Part shown: piece after piece, positions 46,024-55,908 of the stretch
Position numbering within the stretch: the first letter of the stretch is position 1
Layout of the letters: the number at the start of each line of letters is the position of its first letter
Assembly (NCBI GenBank): GCA_965207785.1
Contig: OZ242305.1
Location: 342,133 to 406,132, forward strand
Direction of reading: 5' to 3'
DNA: 64,000 bases
DNA from: Alphaproteobacteria bacterium
GTDB taxonomy: Bacteria > Pseudomonadota > Alphaproteobacteria > SP197
Made by a program: the position numbers and the translations under genes
The notes under the pieces: generated by a model
Database searches by the model: none
Told to the model about the DNA's origin: nothing
Seen by the model: only the letters and a program-made list of their open reading frames with translations

Positions 46024-47259
46024 TCATCCCTCGCAGACGAGGATGTCAAAGGGAATGCGTCCGCCAAGGTTGCGTGCGCCGTCGGCTTCGATGACGTACG
46101 TGTCGATCAGGCCGGTGTCCCAGAGAGTCTCGAAGTTGCCGACGAATCCTTCTTCCCAGATCACATCGTCAGGTGGGTCCTCGTCGTAGGAGAAGTTGAA
46201 CTCGTCGACCCAGTCGGGAGCGAACGCGATCCCCAGCTCGTAGCCGATGCACCAGCCAGGGCTGCCATCCAGGCCACACTCGGCGTAGTAGCGCCGCAAC
46301 TCGGCGTTGACCTCCCGCACCGGACGGCCCGCACGCGCCTCGTTGGCGAAGACGTCCCATGACCCCGCCGAGCGGCGGTAGCGATCACGCACAGATTGTG
46401 GTGGCTCGCCCGTCCAGAACCCCCTCAGGATGTTGCCGTGGTAACGGAACCAGACACCCGAGCAGTCGATCTTCAGGTGTTCGCCAGCCTTCACGACCCG
46501 CCGTCGCGGCAGCTGGTGGCCGCCGATCGTGTTGCCCGACTGGATCATGAGCGGAATGGCCGAGACCTCGCCGCCGGCCGCGTACATGGCGTGGGCCATC
46601 TCGGCCTGTATGTCGAGCTCGGTCACGCCGGGCCGGATGGTGCGCCAGGCCGCCTCGTGGCCCAGAGCGCAGATCTCCATGGCCCTCGAGATGTGGGCCA
46701 GCTCGGCCGGCGACTTCAGGCGGCGCGCCCTTCGCAGGATCATGCTGGCGTCGACGACCTCGCAGCCGGCGTCGCGGAAGGCCGATTCAATCGTTTCCTG
46801 CACCCACCGGCACGGCTGGAAGCTGCGATGCTCCAGTCCCACGACCGTTCCCGGCTTCAGCAATCCGGAGGTACGGAGCTCGTCGACGATGAAGCGCGGC
46901 TGGCCTTCGGGCGAGCGATCGTCGAAGAAGCGCCTGTCGTCGGCGACGGATGTCTTGAAGAGAAGCGCGTCCTCGCCAAGCGCATCGAAGTGGATCGGCT
47001 CGTCCCACTCCAGCGCCAGGGCAGTGCCCAGGCATGCCCCCCAGTTCGACGGCGCGTGGGTGCGGTACCAGGCCGCCGCGTAGCCGTGCAGCCAGCACAT
47101 GTGGGCCGGTGAGGTGGCGTACAGGAGGTCGATACCGGCCTCCGCCATGAGGGACTTGGCCCTGACCCAGCGCGCCTCGTACTCGCTGCGTTCGAAGGCA
47201 ATTTCGCCGGGTTCGGCCGTTGCCCGATCGAACGAGCCCGACACGCGTGGCAAGACCAT
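46024..47259 (-). CDS. M24-fold creatinase/Xaa-Pro peptidase-like protein
   Basis: Creatinase-type N-domain plus pita-bread C-domain (KSPAEL..., IDCSG..., ETLW). ATG 47259 after GGAGAGAG. Confidence 0.7.
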   Translation of the reverse strand: MVLPRVSGSFDRATAEPGEIAFERSEYEARWVRAKSLMAEAGIDLLYATSPAHMCWLHGYAAAWYRTHAPSNWGACLGTALALEWDEPIHFDALGEDALLFKTSVADDRRFFDDRSPEGQPRFIVDELRTSGLLKPGTVVGLEHRSFQPCRWVQETIESAFRDAGCEVVDASMILRRARRLKSPAELAHISRAMEICALGHEAAWRTIRPGVTELDIQAEMAHAMYAAGGEVSAIPLMIQSGNTIGGHQLPRRRVVKAGEHLKIDCSGVWFRYHGNILRGFWTGEPPQSVRDRYRRSAGSWDVFANEARAGRPVREVNAELRRYYAECGLDGSPGWCIGYELGIAFAPDWVDEFNFSYDEDPPDDVIWEEGFVGNFETLWDTGLIDTYVIEADGARNLGGRIPFDILVCEG

Positions 47260-47444
47260 GGCTCTCTCCGCGCCATTCGCAACCAGCATAGGCGCCGGGC
47301 GCCACCGTGTCTGCGCGTCGGCAAGCACGGACCGTTTCGTGTGTCCGAAGGTGGCCCGATCACTCGTGGCGTCGCCGCCGGGGACGTGCTGCGGGTCGAG
47401 CGTTTCGACCTCGCAAGGACGAAGAACAACGCCATGCGCAGTCA

Positions 47445-47477
47445 CACCGTCTGCCGGGGAGAAGCCGGCAGACGGTG
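47445..47477 (-). terminator. perfect 13-bp stem-loop downstream of the PotD-like SBP gene
   Basis: CACCGTCTGCCGG (47445-47457) pairs with CCGGCAGACGGTG (47465-47477), 7-nt loop. Confidence 0.5.
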
Positions 47478-47536
47478 CAAGTCATGAATCAGGCACCTTG
47501 GGATTCAACCTCGATTCAATCAGATAGTGCTGCGCT

Positions 47537-48682
47537 CTAGAAGCCTGACTTGACCTCGTCAAACATGGCGACAACCTTGGGCTGACTCTCGACGGAGAAC
47601 GGAATCAGAAGCACACCGGCATCCGTGACGGCATCGGCATTGTCGAGTCCGAGTTCCCTGACCATCGCCAGGTCGACGAGGTCGTAGGCCTTTCTGTTGG
47701 GCGATGCTACCGCCCATTCGCCAAGAAGAAATGCACCGCTCTCGGGCGAAATCACGGAATCGATGTAATCGTACATCTTTTCTTCCGAGGCCGTGGCGCC
47801 GTTGCAGATCGACAGGAAATCGATCCAGACGATCATTCCTTCCTTGGGAACCATGAATTCGACCGGAACGCCCTGCGACCTGAGGATCGAGACCGAACTT
47901 GTCCAGCCGTACGAGGCGACAACTTCTCCTGTCGCCATGGACTGCTCCATCGACGTGGCGTCACTCCAGTAGTAGCGCAGCAGCGGTCGTTGCTCGGTCA
48001 GGAGCGCCCGGCACTTGGCGATGTCGTCGTCGGTCATGTTGAACGGATCGTCGACGCCGGCGACGATGGCAGCCGTGACGACGCTGTCCGTCGAATCGTC
48101 CCGCATCGAAAGGCGGCCCTCGTACTTGGGATCCCAAAGGATGTCCCATGTCGGGTTGTCGGCGTATTCAGGCGCCAGATCAGGGCGATAGACAATCGCC
48201 GATCCACCCCATGCAAAGGGCACCGCCCACTGCTGGCCGTTCTCGAATGCCGGAGCTTGCGTCTTGAGGCCGTCGAAGAGATCGGGCCAGTTGCTGAGCC
48301 TCGAGGTATCGGTGGGCACGATGATGCCGGCGTCCCTCCACCGCTCGATCGTCTCGGCGCCAGGCGTGGTGATATCGGGAACGAAGCCCGAAAGATGCTT
48401 GGCGAATGCCTCGTCGAGGCCGCCGAACAACGAGAATTCCGGAGATTGCCCATACTTGTCGCTGTAGGGCACGTGGAGTTCAGGCACGTTGTACCCGTCC
48501 CACGTGAACACCAGCGGATGATGATCGGATGCCTGAGTGCGCATGGCAAACGGCACGGACGTCACGAGGATGCCGGCCGATGCCAGGGTGCTGAGCGCTT
48601 GACGACGGCTGATACCGTGCGCGAAGGGCGACAAGGCGGTGTCGACCGGGAATGACGTGATTGGTTGTTGATCCTTGCTCAT
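47537..48682 (-). CDS. PotD/PotF-like polyamine-type substrate-binding protein with a Tat-like signal
   Basis: SRRQALSTLASAGILV twin-arginine region. ATG 48682 after GGAGGGAGG. Confidence 0.75.
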   Translation of the reverse strand: MSKDQQPITSFPVDTALSPFAHGISRRQALSTLASAGILVTSVPFAMRTQASDHHPLVFTWDGYNVPELHVPYSDKYGQSPEFSLFGGLDEAFAKHLSGFVPDITTPGAETIERWRDAGIIVPTDTSRLSNWPDLFDGLKTQAPAFENGQQWAVPFAWGGSAIVYRPDLAPEYADNPTWDILWDPKYEGRLSMRDDSTDSVVTAAIVAGVDDPFNMTDDDIAKCRALLTEQRPLLRYYWSDATSMEQSMATGEVVASYGWTSSVSILRSQGVPVEFMVPKEGMIVWIDFLSICNGATASEEKMYDYIDSVISPESGAFLLGEWAVASPNRKAYDLVDLAMVRELGLDNADAVTDAGVLLIPFSVESQPKVVAMFDEVKSGF

Positions 48683-49080
48683 GGTGAGTGGCCTCCCTCC
48701 TGACCAGTTCATGCGTTGCAGTATGGTAGGATGAACATGTTACTGAATTCGCAGGAGTGTGGCCAGTTTCGACCGCTTGGCGGGGGAGTCTGGAGGTTGC
48801 CGCACAACCATCCAGGCGTCTGCCACGGGGCCGACGCCGACATCGCTACGGGTCTTGAACCTTGCGCATGCGGCACCTTCAGGGGAGGCGCCGCATGCGC
48901 GTCCAGGGCGGTTCTCAATTCAATCTCCGTTGCAGAGAGGAACCGCCTGGTTGATTCCTGTTCCATCCCAAGGCCGTGTCCGAATTGTTCGAGGTACCGT
49001 TGCTTGATGGAGCGCTGGTGACCTGAACGGCCAGGTGAAAGACGCCCATTCCCCTGTTCGTGATGCGGGTGTCGGACCGT

Positions 49081-50691
49081 TCAGACAGCGAGTGCCATGC
49101 CGTCGCCATAGGGAATGTCGGCCCCGCCCGAGGGATGACCCTCGGAATCGAATCCGATCGCATGGACCGAGGCGATGTCGTAGCTGAACGGGCTGCGCTC
49201 GACGTGGTAGCCCTCGGACTCGAGTTCGGCGCAAAGGTAGTGCGGTATGCGCGCCGTCACGGTGATGGTGTCGCTGGTCGCCGAGAAGCGGGGCGCCAGG
49301 ATGGCCTCCTGCGGGCTCATGCCGAACTCGATCACGTTGAGAATGACCTGCAGGACGCCCATGGCAATTTGCGTTCCTCCCGGGGCGCCCAGCGCCAGGA
49401 CGGGGCGGTCGCCGCCGAACACGATGGTGGGACACAGCGAGGAGAAGCGTGCCTTGCCCGGCGCGATCGAGCCCGTGCGGCCCGGGCGCGGATCGAAGAC
49501 CGCCATCGCACCGTTGTACATGAAGCCCAGCCCCTCGGTGATGACGCCCGACATCATCCCCAGCGTATGCGTCATGGTGACGATGTTGCCCTCGCGGTCG
49601 GACGTCACTAGGTGGGTCGTGCCGGGCGCCTCAGCGAGAGGCATCCGTTCGACGTGTGCCTTCTTGCCGGCCTCGATGGCCCGGGAATGGTCTCTGGCGT
49701 ACGCCTTGTCGGTCAGCCGCTCGAGAGGCACCTGCGTGAACCGCGGATCCCCGACATGGTTGTCCTTGTCCACGGTGGCGATTTTCATCGCTTCGGAGAC
49801 GGTGCGGATGTAGATGGGCGAGTTGTGGCCCATGGCGGCGAGATCGAAGTTCTCGAGGATGTTGAGCATTTCGACGAGCATGACGCCGCCGCCTGGCGGG
49901 CGGTTCGTCGCCAGGCGATACCCGCGGTAGCTGCCCTGCAGGGGGGCGTTGGTCTCGGTGGTGTAGGCGGCGAGATCGCGGGCCGAGAGCAGGCCGCCAT
50001 GGGCGTTCATGTCGGCATCGATCCGGGCGGCGATCTCGCCCTCGTAGAACACCTCCGCGCCATGCCGTGCGACCTGCTCCAGCGAGAAGGCCATGCCCGG
50101 GTTGCGGACAATGCTGCCGATGCCGTGGAGCTTGCCGTCGGACCGGAAGTAGACGGCGCGGCCCTCGGGCGAAAACGCGAGGCGCTCGCGTACGCTCGTG
50201 CGCCCGGGGTGGTCCGGAGCGACCCAGTAGCCGTGGACGCCCGGCCGCACGACGAAACCCTCCCGCGCATAAGCGATGGCGGGCTCGATCATTTCGTTCC
50301 ACGCCAGTGTGCCGTAGCGGTAGCTCGCCTCGGCGAAGGCCCGGCAGGTGCCGGGGGTCGTGATCGCCTGGTAGCCGAGATCGTTGACGGCGTCCTCGAG
50401 GACGAAGCCGAAGCCATCCTCGGTCTCGCCCAGAATGCGGTCCTGCCACATGTCCGGGGTTGCGGCGGCCGGGACGCGGCCGTGAAAGTCGATGATCTCA
50501 TGGATGCCGCGCCCGGGCATGTACACCTGCATGGCCCCGAAGCCGGCAATGCCGCACATCATCGGGTCGACGACGGTCTGCACGAAGGCGCAGGCGAGTG
50601 CGGCGTCGACCGCGTTGCCACCCTGGCGCAACACCCGTGCGCCGGTTTCGACGGCATCGGGCTGAAGGCTGGTGATCATGGCCCTGGGCAT
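49081..50691 (-). CDS. ggt: gamma-glutamyltransferase family protein, no obvious signal peptide
   Basis: MPRAMITSLQPDAVETGARVLRQGGNAVDAALA N-terminus and the autoprocessing threonine region PGTTHLV. ATG 50691 after GAGGGG. Confidence 0.8.
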   Translation of the reverse strand: MPRAMITSLQPDAVETGARVLRQGGNAVDAALACAFVQTVVDPMMCGIAGFGAMQVYMPGRGIHEIIDFHGRVPAAATPDMWQDRILGETEDGFGFVLEDAVNDLGYQAITTPGTCRAFAEASYRYGTLAWNEMIEPAIAYAREGFVVRPGVHGYWVAPDHPGRTSVRERLAFSPEGRAVYFRSDGKLHGIGSIVRNPGMAFSLEQVARHGAEVFYEGEIAARIDADMNAHGGLLSARDLAAYTTETNAPLQGSYRGYRLATNRPPGGGVMLVEMLNILENFDLAAMGHNSPIYIRTVSEAMKIATVDKDNHVGDPRFTQVPLERLTDKAYARDHSRAIEAGKKAHVERMPLAEAPGTTHLVTSDREGNIVTMTHTLGMMSGVITEGLGFMYNGAMAVFDPRPGRTGSIAPGKARFSSLCPTIVFGGDRPVLALGAPGGTQIAMGVLQVILNVIEFGMSPQEAILAPRFSATSDTITVTARIPHYLCAELESEGYHVERSPFSYDIASVHAIGFDSEGHPSGGADIPYGDGMALAV

Positions 50692-51170
50692 GGTTTTTCC
50701 CCTCGCTGCCACGGCGGGCAACGATAGCCGAAGTTCACCGGCCCTGCGACGCGATCGTTGCCGACCGCGGGCGTTCATGATGGAGCCCGTCCCTTGGAAC
50801 GAACGTTTCCATGAAACCCGGGAACCGTCCGGATGGTGGCAGAGGGGTAGGGGAAGGCACCGGAGCGAGAACCGACGAGGAAGGAGAGCAGGCCTCGCTC
50901 GTCTCCCTTTCTGGGAGGAGGTGGCGGTCCGTTCAAGGCGTGGCGCTCACCGCCGAGCGTCCGGCCACGGCTGTGCATTCGAGCTCGTCGCCGACTTCAC
51001 AGAAGCTTGCCATCCGGTTGGGCAGTGCCCGCCTGGCGCGGGCACCGACGATCAGAGACACGGGCCGGGCTCAGGGAAACAGTGATCTCGCCGCCGCGCC
51101 GGTCGGATTGTTCTGGACTCCCGACTCATGCGGTACTCACCACGCAACGCCTTCCGCCTTCGCTGCCCGG

Positions 51171-51953
51171 TCACACGTCCCAGCCGCCGTCGACCGTAAT
51201 GGCCTGACCGGTGATCTGACGGCTGTCCTCGCTCGCCATGAACAGGACGGCGTTGGCCACATCCCCGGGCGTGGTCACGCGCTTCAGGGCCATCTCCTGG
51301 ACATATTCGTCGTACACCTCGTCGACGGTCCAGCCGCGCACGCGCGCCTTTTCTTCGCACAGTTTCTGCATGCGCGGCGTCTCGACGATTCCCGGACAGA
51401 CGGCGTTGACATTGACGTTGTACTTGCCGACTTCGAGTGCAACCGTTCGCGTGATCCCGCGCACCGCCCACTTCGAGGCGCTGTAGGCCGTACGCATGGC
51501 GTAGCCGCGCAGACCGGACGTGCCGCCGATGTTCACGATCTTGCCGCTCCTTTGCGCGATCATGGTCGGCACCACGTGCTTGATGGGGAGGAAGGTTCCG
51601 CGCTCGTTTGCCGTGATGACGTCGTCGAAGTCGGCGACGGCGATGTCCTGCACCGGCGTCTCGATGGGGCCGGTGACGCCGGCGACGTTGACCAGGATGT
51701 CGATGCGTCCGCCGAAAGCATCCAGGGCGTGCTTCACCATCGCCTCGACCTGTGTTTCGTCGGTGACATCACAGGCGACGACATGGGCCGCGCATCCCAT
51801 CGCCCGGACCTCCCCGGCGACCAGCTCGAGCGCGTCCGACTCGCGCGCTGTGAGAAGAACGTCGGCGCCCTCGCGCGCGAGAGTTGTCGTAATGGCGGCA
51901 CCCATGCCCTTCGCGGCGCCGGTGACAATTGCCTTCTTGCCGTCCAGTTTCAC
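51171..51953 (-). CDS. SDR family oxidoreductase
   Basis: VTGAAKGMGAAI and YSASK motifs. GTG start overlaps the hyuB stop (GTGA). Confidence 0.85.
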   Translation of the reverse strand: MKLDGKKAIVTGAAKGMGAAITTTLAREGADVLLTARESDALELVAGEVRAMGCAAHVVACDVTDETQVEAMVKHALDAFGGRIDILVNVAGVTGPIETPVQDIAVADFDDVITANERGTFLPIKHVVPTMIAQRSGKIVNIGGTSGLRGYAMRTAYSASKWAVRGITRTVALEVGKYNVNVNAVCPGIVETPRMQKLCEEKARVRGWTVDEVYDEYVQEMALKRVTTPGDVANAVLFMASEDSRQITGQAITVDGGWDV

Positions 51954-53584
51954 TGCATCTTTCCCTTGTCTGCACTGTTCACGAGTGTATCCGTTCCCAC
52001 AGTTCCGGGCTGCCCGTAACCGCCGCCGCCGCAGCTTTCGACGACAACCACGTCGTCCCTGCCGAGGCGCAGGTTCGCCTTGCCGGGCATCTGCGACCGG
52101 CTGCCGTCCGCACGCTGGACGGTCACGCGGAAGGGCGCGCCGGAATCACCCCCCTGCAAGCCATAGGGCGGCACGACGCGCCGCTCGAACATCGACGTGA
52201 CCGACATGTCATCGGCGAGCATCCGGTACTCCCGATGCAACCCCTCTCCACCCCGATGCCGGCCCGCGCCACCGGATTCCCGGCGCAGGCGCTGGCATTC
52301 GATGCGGATGGGGAATTCGGCCTCCACCACTTCGGCCGGCGTGTTCATCACGTTGGACATGTGCACCCGGACCACCGGCATCCCGTCGCGATCATGCCGC
52401 GCACCCTCTCCACCGCCGTGGACCTCGTAGAGAGTGGCCCAGGTCCCGTCGGCCCGCCGTCCGCCGAACAGGACCAGCCCCGACGTGGTCGGTCCGCCAG
52501 CGGAGAGCCGCTCCGGCCCGGTCGCTTCCAGGGCCCGGAACACGGCGTCGGCAATGCGCTGCGACGTCTCGTGATTGCCGCCCACCACCGGGCTCTCCGG
52601 GCCCGGATCGAGCAGCGAACCGGGCCGAGTCACGATCTCCAGCGGCCTGTAGCAGCCGCCGCAGGGCTGGATGTCGGTGCCAAGGAGCGCCTTGACGACA
52701 TAGAAGACGGAAGCGGCAGTGATGAAGGGCGTGGTGTTGACCGGCCCCCGTGCCGCATCGTCCGTATCCGAAAGGTCGAACCGTGCCCTCTCGCCGGCGA
52801 TGGTCACCCGCACTCGGACGGCGACCGGGCCACCGCCGGCAGCATCGTCGTCGAGCCAGTCTTCGCCGGTGTAGACACCGTCGGGGATCGCCGCGAGCGC
52901 CTCGCGCATCTGGACCTCGGCGCGATCGTTGATGGCGGAGATGGCGGCCATCACCGTATCTTTGCCGTGTTCCGCCGTGACGTGATGAACCCGTGCCTCG
53001 GCTGCCCGCCCTGCCGCAACCTGCGCCAGGATGTCGCCCTCGCGCTCATCGGCGCCCCGTACGTTGGCTCTGATCATGTCGAGCTTCTCGCGGTCGGGGC
53101 CGGCGGCCGTGAAGAGACGGAAGGGAGGGATGCGAAGTCCTTCCTGCCAGGCGTCGGTGGCGTCCGCGACGTAGCTGCCCGGCACGGCTCCGCCGATGTC
53201 CGCCCAGTGCGCGAGGCTCACTGCAAAGGCCACGACCTCGTCCTGCGTGAAGATCGGGCGGATCGCCTTGACGTCGGGGAGGTGGTTTCCGCCCACCTCC
53301 GGCAGGTTGAGAAACCATGTGTCTCCCGGGGCGAGGCGCTCTCGCGGCACCCGCTTCAGGAACTCGCGGACCGTGAAGCCCATGACTCCCATGTGCATGG
53401 GGATATCGCGACCCTGGGCGATGAGATGGCCGTCGGCATCGGTCAGCGCCGAGGAGAGGTCGCCGGCCTCGCGCAGGAGCGGCGAGCGCGCCGAGCGCAT
53501 GACCACGAGAGACATCTCCTCCGCTGTCGCCGTCAGCGCGTGCCGAATGACCTCCAGGGTCACGGGGTCGACTGCGGCACTCAT
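51950..53584 (-). CDS. hyuB: hydantoinase B / oxoprolinase family protein
   Basis: MSAAVDPVTLEVIRHALTATAEEM N-terminus typical of Hydantoinase_B. ATGA overlap with hyuA. Confidence 0.85.
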   Translation of the reverse strand: MSAAVDPVTLEVIRHALTATAEEMSLVVMRSARSPLLREAGDLSSALTDADGHLIAQGRDIPMHMGVMGFTVREFLKRVPRERLAPGDTWFLNLPEVGGNHLPDVKAIRPIFTQDEVVAFAVSLAHWADIGGAVPGSYVADATDAWQEGLRIPPFRLFTAAGPDREKLDMIRANVRGADEREGDILAQVAAGRAAEARVHHVTAEHGKDTVMAAISAINDRAEVQMREALAAIPDGVYTGEDWLDDDAAGGGPVAVRVRVTIAGERARFDLSDTDDAARGPVNTTPFITAASVFYVVKALLGTDIQPCGGCYRPLEIVTRPGSLLDPGPESPVVGGNHETSQRIADAVFRALEATGPERLSAGGPTTSGLVLFGGRRADGTWATLYEVHGGGEGARHDRDGMPVVRVHMSNVMNTPAEVVEAEFPIRIECQRLRRESGGAGRHRGGEGLHREYRMLADDMSVTSMFERRVVPPYGLQGGDSGAPFRVTVQRADGSRSQMPGKANLRLGRDDVVVVESCGGGGYGQPGTVGTDTLVNSADKGKMQ

Positions 53585-55596
53585 GTTCCGATCCCGGTAG
53601 CGATATGCAGATGTCCGTCCGCGTCTGCTGTCAGCGTCGCGCCGGGAGGAACGACAACGGTCGACCATGCATCGTCGACGATGACCGGCCCGCCGAGCGT
53701 GCTCTCGGCGGTCAGGCTGGCGCGGTCGTAACGTGGGGTCGGCATGCGCCCGACCGACTCGAACGCGCAGGATGATGTCCTGGCCGGCAAGGAAGCCTCG
53801 GTTTTCCCGGCGACCGGCGGGCAGGCCATGCCATCGCGGGCGGCTGAGACCCGCACGCGAATCGACACCAGTTCCCACGGATCCTCTGTCGCGAAGCCGT
53901 AGAGTGCCCGGTGGCGGTCCCTGAACTTACGCCCCAGGCACTCCGGATCATCGAAGGCCGCGCCTGTGACCTCGATCGCGTAGCTCTGACCCCGGTAGCG
54001 AACCGCTGCAACCTCCTCGACCGCCAGCGTATCGCCGTCATGACCAGCTGCTTCAAGGGGCACAGCAAGGGTTGTTCGAAGCGCCTGTCGCACCCGCCCG
54101 ACCCTTTCGGCGTCCCAGCCTTCGGACGTTACGCGCAGTGTGCGCTGCTGTGCATAGCTCATCCTCGCGCCGACACATCCGAGCGCCGAGAACATGCTGG
54201 AGTGGGCGGGGACGACCACGTTGCCGATGGAGAAGGCACGGGCCAGCGCCACCGCGTGCATCGGACCCGCACCGCCGAAGGCGATGAGGGTGCAGGTACG
54301 CCCATCGATGCCGCGTTCCACGGTGACGCGGCGCAGCGCGCGCACCAGCGCCGCGTTGGCCACCTTGATGATGCCGGAAGCGGCGTCCTCCAACGTCATG
54401 TCCATGGCCGAGGACAGCTGCGCAATCACGTCGCAGGCGGCGGCAGCATCGAGGCGGAGCGTTCCGCCGATGACACTGTTGGCATCCATGTATCCCAGCA
54501 CCAGATTGGCGTCTGTCACTGTCGGCCACTCACCACCCCTGGCGTAGCACGCGGGTCCCGGGTCGGCGCCGGCACTCTCCGGCCCGACCGTCAGGGAGCC
54601 GTGATCGAGCCGGGCGATTGATCCGCCTCCCGCACCGATGGATTCCACGGCCACCATGGGCTGGCGCAGGGACCGTCCGCCGATGGAACGGTCGCTCGTG
54701 ATCTGCTCTTCTCCGTCGACGATCAGGCAGACATCGGTGGTGGTGCCGCCCATGTCGAAACTGATGGCCCGCTCGATTCCGAGCGTGCGAGCCAACTGCC
54801 CCGCAGCGGTCACGCCTGCGGCGGGGCCCGAGGCCGCGAGGCCGAGTGGAAGGTCGCGCAGAACGTGCGGCGACGCCATGCCGCCTGCGGAATGGAAGAA
54901 GTGCAGCCGGGAACTGTCGGGCTTTGCCGCGTCCAGATCGTCGAGATAGGCGGCTGCCAGGGGCATGACGCCGGCGCTCAACACGGTGGTTGCCGTGCGT
55001 TCGTACTCGCGCGCCTCCGGATTGACCCGGTACGAGAGCGCGACGAACCTGAACCGCGAGCGCAGGCTCTCTCCCAGGGCCTCCTCGTGGACGGAATTGG
55101 CATAGGCATGCAGCAACGACACGGCGACCGCTTCGGCTCCGCTCCGCTTGGCGCGTCCGATGGCATCCTCCACGGAGTCCGGATCCAGGGCGGTCATGAC
55201 CCGGCCATCGTGGTCGAGCCGTTCCGTGACTTCAAACCGGCGTTCGGCCGGCACCTGCGGCGTGAGTTTGGGAGGCAAGTCGAGCCGATAGAGGTGGCGA
55301 CGGTTCTGGCGACCGATTTCCAGTGTATCGGAGAACCCCTTCGTGGCGATCAGTGCGACCTTCGCATGATCGCCCTGGATGATGGCGTTGGTGACGATGG
55401 TGGTGCCGTGAATCAGGTCATCCACGTCTGACCATGCAAGGCTGACCGCCTGGAGCGCGGACACGAGGCCGGCAATGCGGTCATCGGTGCGTGACGGCAC
55501 CTTTGCAACTCTCACCTCGCCAGGCTCCTGGCGGACTGCGACCACGTCGGTGAACGTGCCGCCGACGTCGATGCCGACCTTCCATCCATTCGGCAT
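53581..55596 (-). CDS. hyuA: hydantoinase A / oxoprolinase family protein
   Basis: WKVGIDVGGTFTDVV ASKHA-fold N-terminus, 671 aa. Confidence 0.85.
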   Translation of the reverse strand: MPNGWKVGIDVGGTFTDVVAVRQEPGEVRVAKVPSRTDDRIAGLVSALQAVSLAWSDVDDLIHGTTIVTNAIIQGDHAKVALIATKGFSDTLEIGRQNRRHLYRLDLPPKLTPQVPAERRFEVTERLDHDGRVMTALDPDSVEDAIGRAKRSGAEAVAVSLLHAYANSVHEEALGESLRSRFRFVALSYRVNPEAREYERTATTVLSAGVMPLAAAYLDDLDAAKPDSSRLHFFHSAGGMASPHVLRDLPLGLAASGPAAGVTAAGQLARTLGIERAISFDMGGTTTDVCLIVDGEEQITSDRSIGGRSLRQPMVAVESIGAGGGSIARLDHGSLTVGPESAGADPGPACYARGGEWPTVTDANLVLGYMDANSVIGGTLRLDAAAACDVIAQLSSAMDMTLEDAASGIIKVANAALVRALRRVTVERGIDGRTCTLIAFGGAGPMHAVALARAFSIGNVVVPAHSSMFSALGCVGARMSYAQQRTLRVTSEGWDAERVGRVRQALRTTLAVPLEAAGHDGDTLAVEEVAAVRYRGQSYAIEVTGAAFDDPECLGRKFRDRHRALYGFATEDPWELVSIRVRVSAARDGMACPPVAGKTEASLPARTSSCAFESVGRMPTPRYDRASLTAESTLGGPVIVDDAWSTVVVPPGATLTADADGHLHIATGIGT

Positions 55597-55664
55597 GACT
55601 CAGCCTCCGTAACCTGATTGCGGCGGGCGGAACACGGCAACCGGTGGCGTGACGGCCCTTGGAT

Positions 55665-55687
55665 TCACGTGACGTTCACCAAGTGAA
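55665..55687. promoter_or_regulatory. paired palindromes upstream of hyuA (candidate operator)
   Basis: TCACGTGA (55665-55672) and TTCAC-CAA-GTGAA (55675-55687), about 70-90 nt upstream of the hyuA ATG. Confidence 0.25.
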
Positions 55688-55860
55688 ATGCGCTGTTGCG
55701 TCAGGCTGTTCCGGAGACGGAGCATAGGCCTGTTGCAGGGCAAGTCACACTTCCATGCGTGGAGCATTCGGCGCGGGATGACACGAGAATTCTGCAGAAT
55801 GAGGAAAGAGGGGCCTGAAGAAGAACGTTGTATTCAATCGGGACCATGGTTTTCATAACA

Positions 55861-55890
55861 AAGCCCCCGGCACCGGGATGCCGGGGGCTT
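55861..55890 (-). terminator. rho-independent terminator after the family-5 SBP gene
   Basis: AAGCCCCCGGCA (55861-55872) pairs with TGCCGGGGGCTT (55879-55890), 6-nt loop, followed on the minus strand by TTGTTATGAAAA. It begins 19 nt after the stop at 55909. Confidence 0.6.
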
Positions 55891-55908
55891 TCGAAAATCG
55901 AGTGCGGC

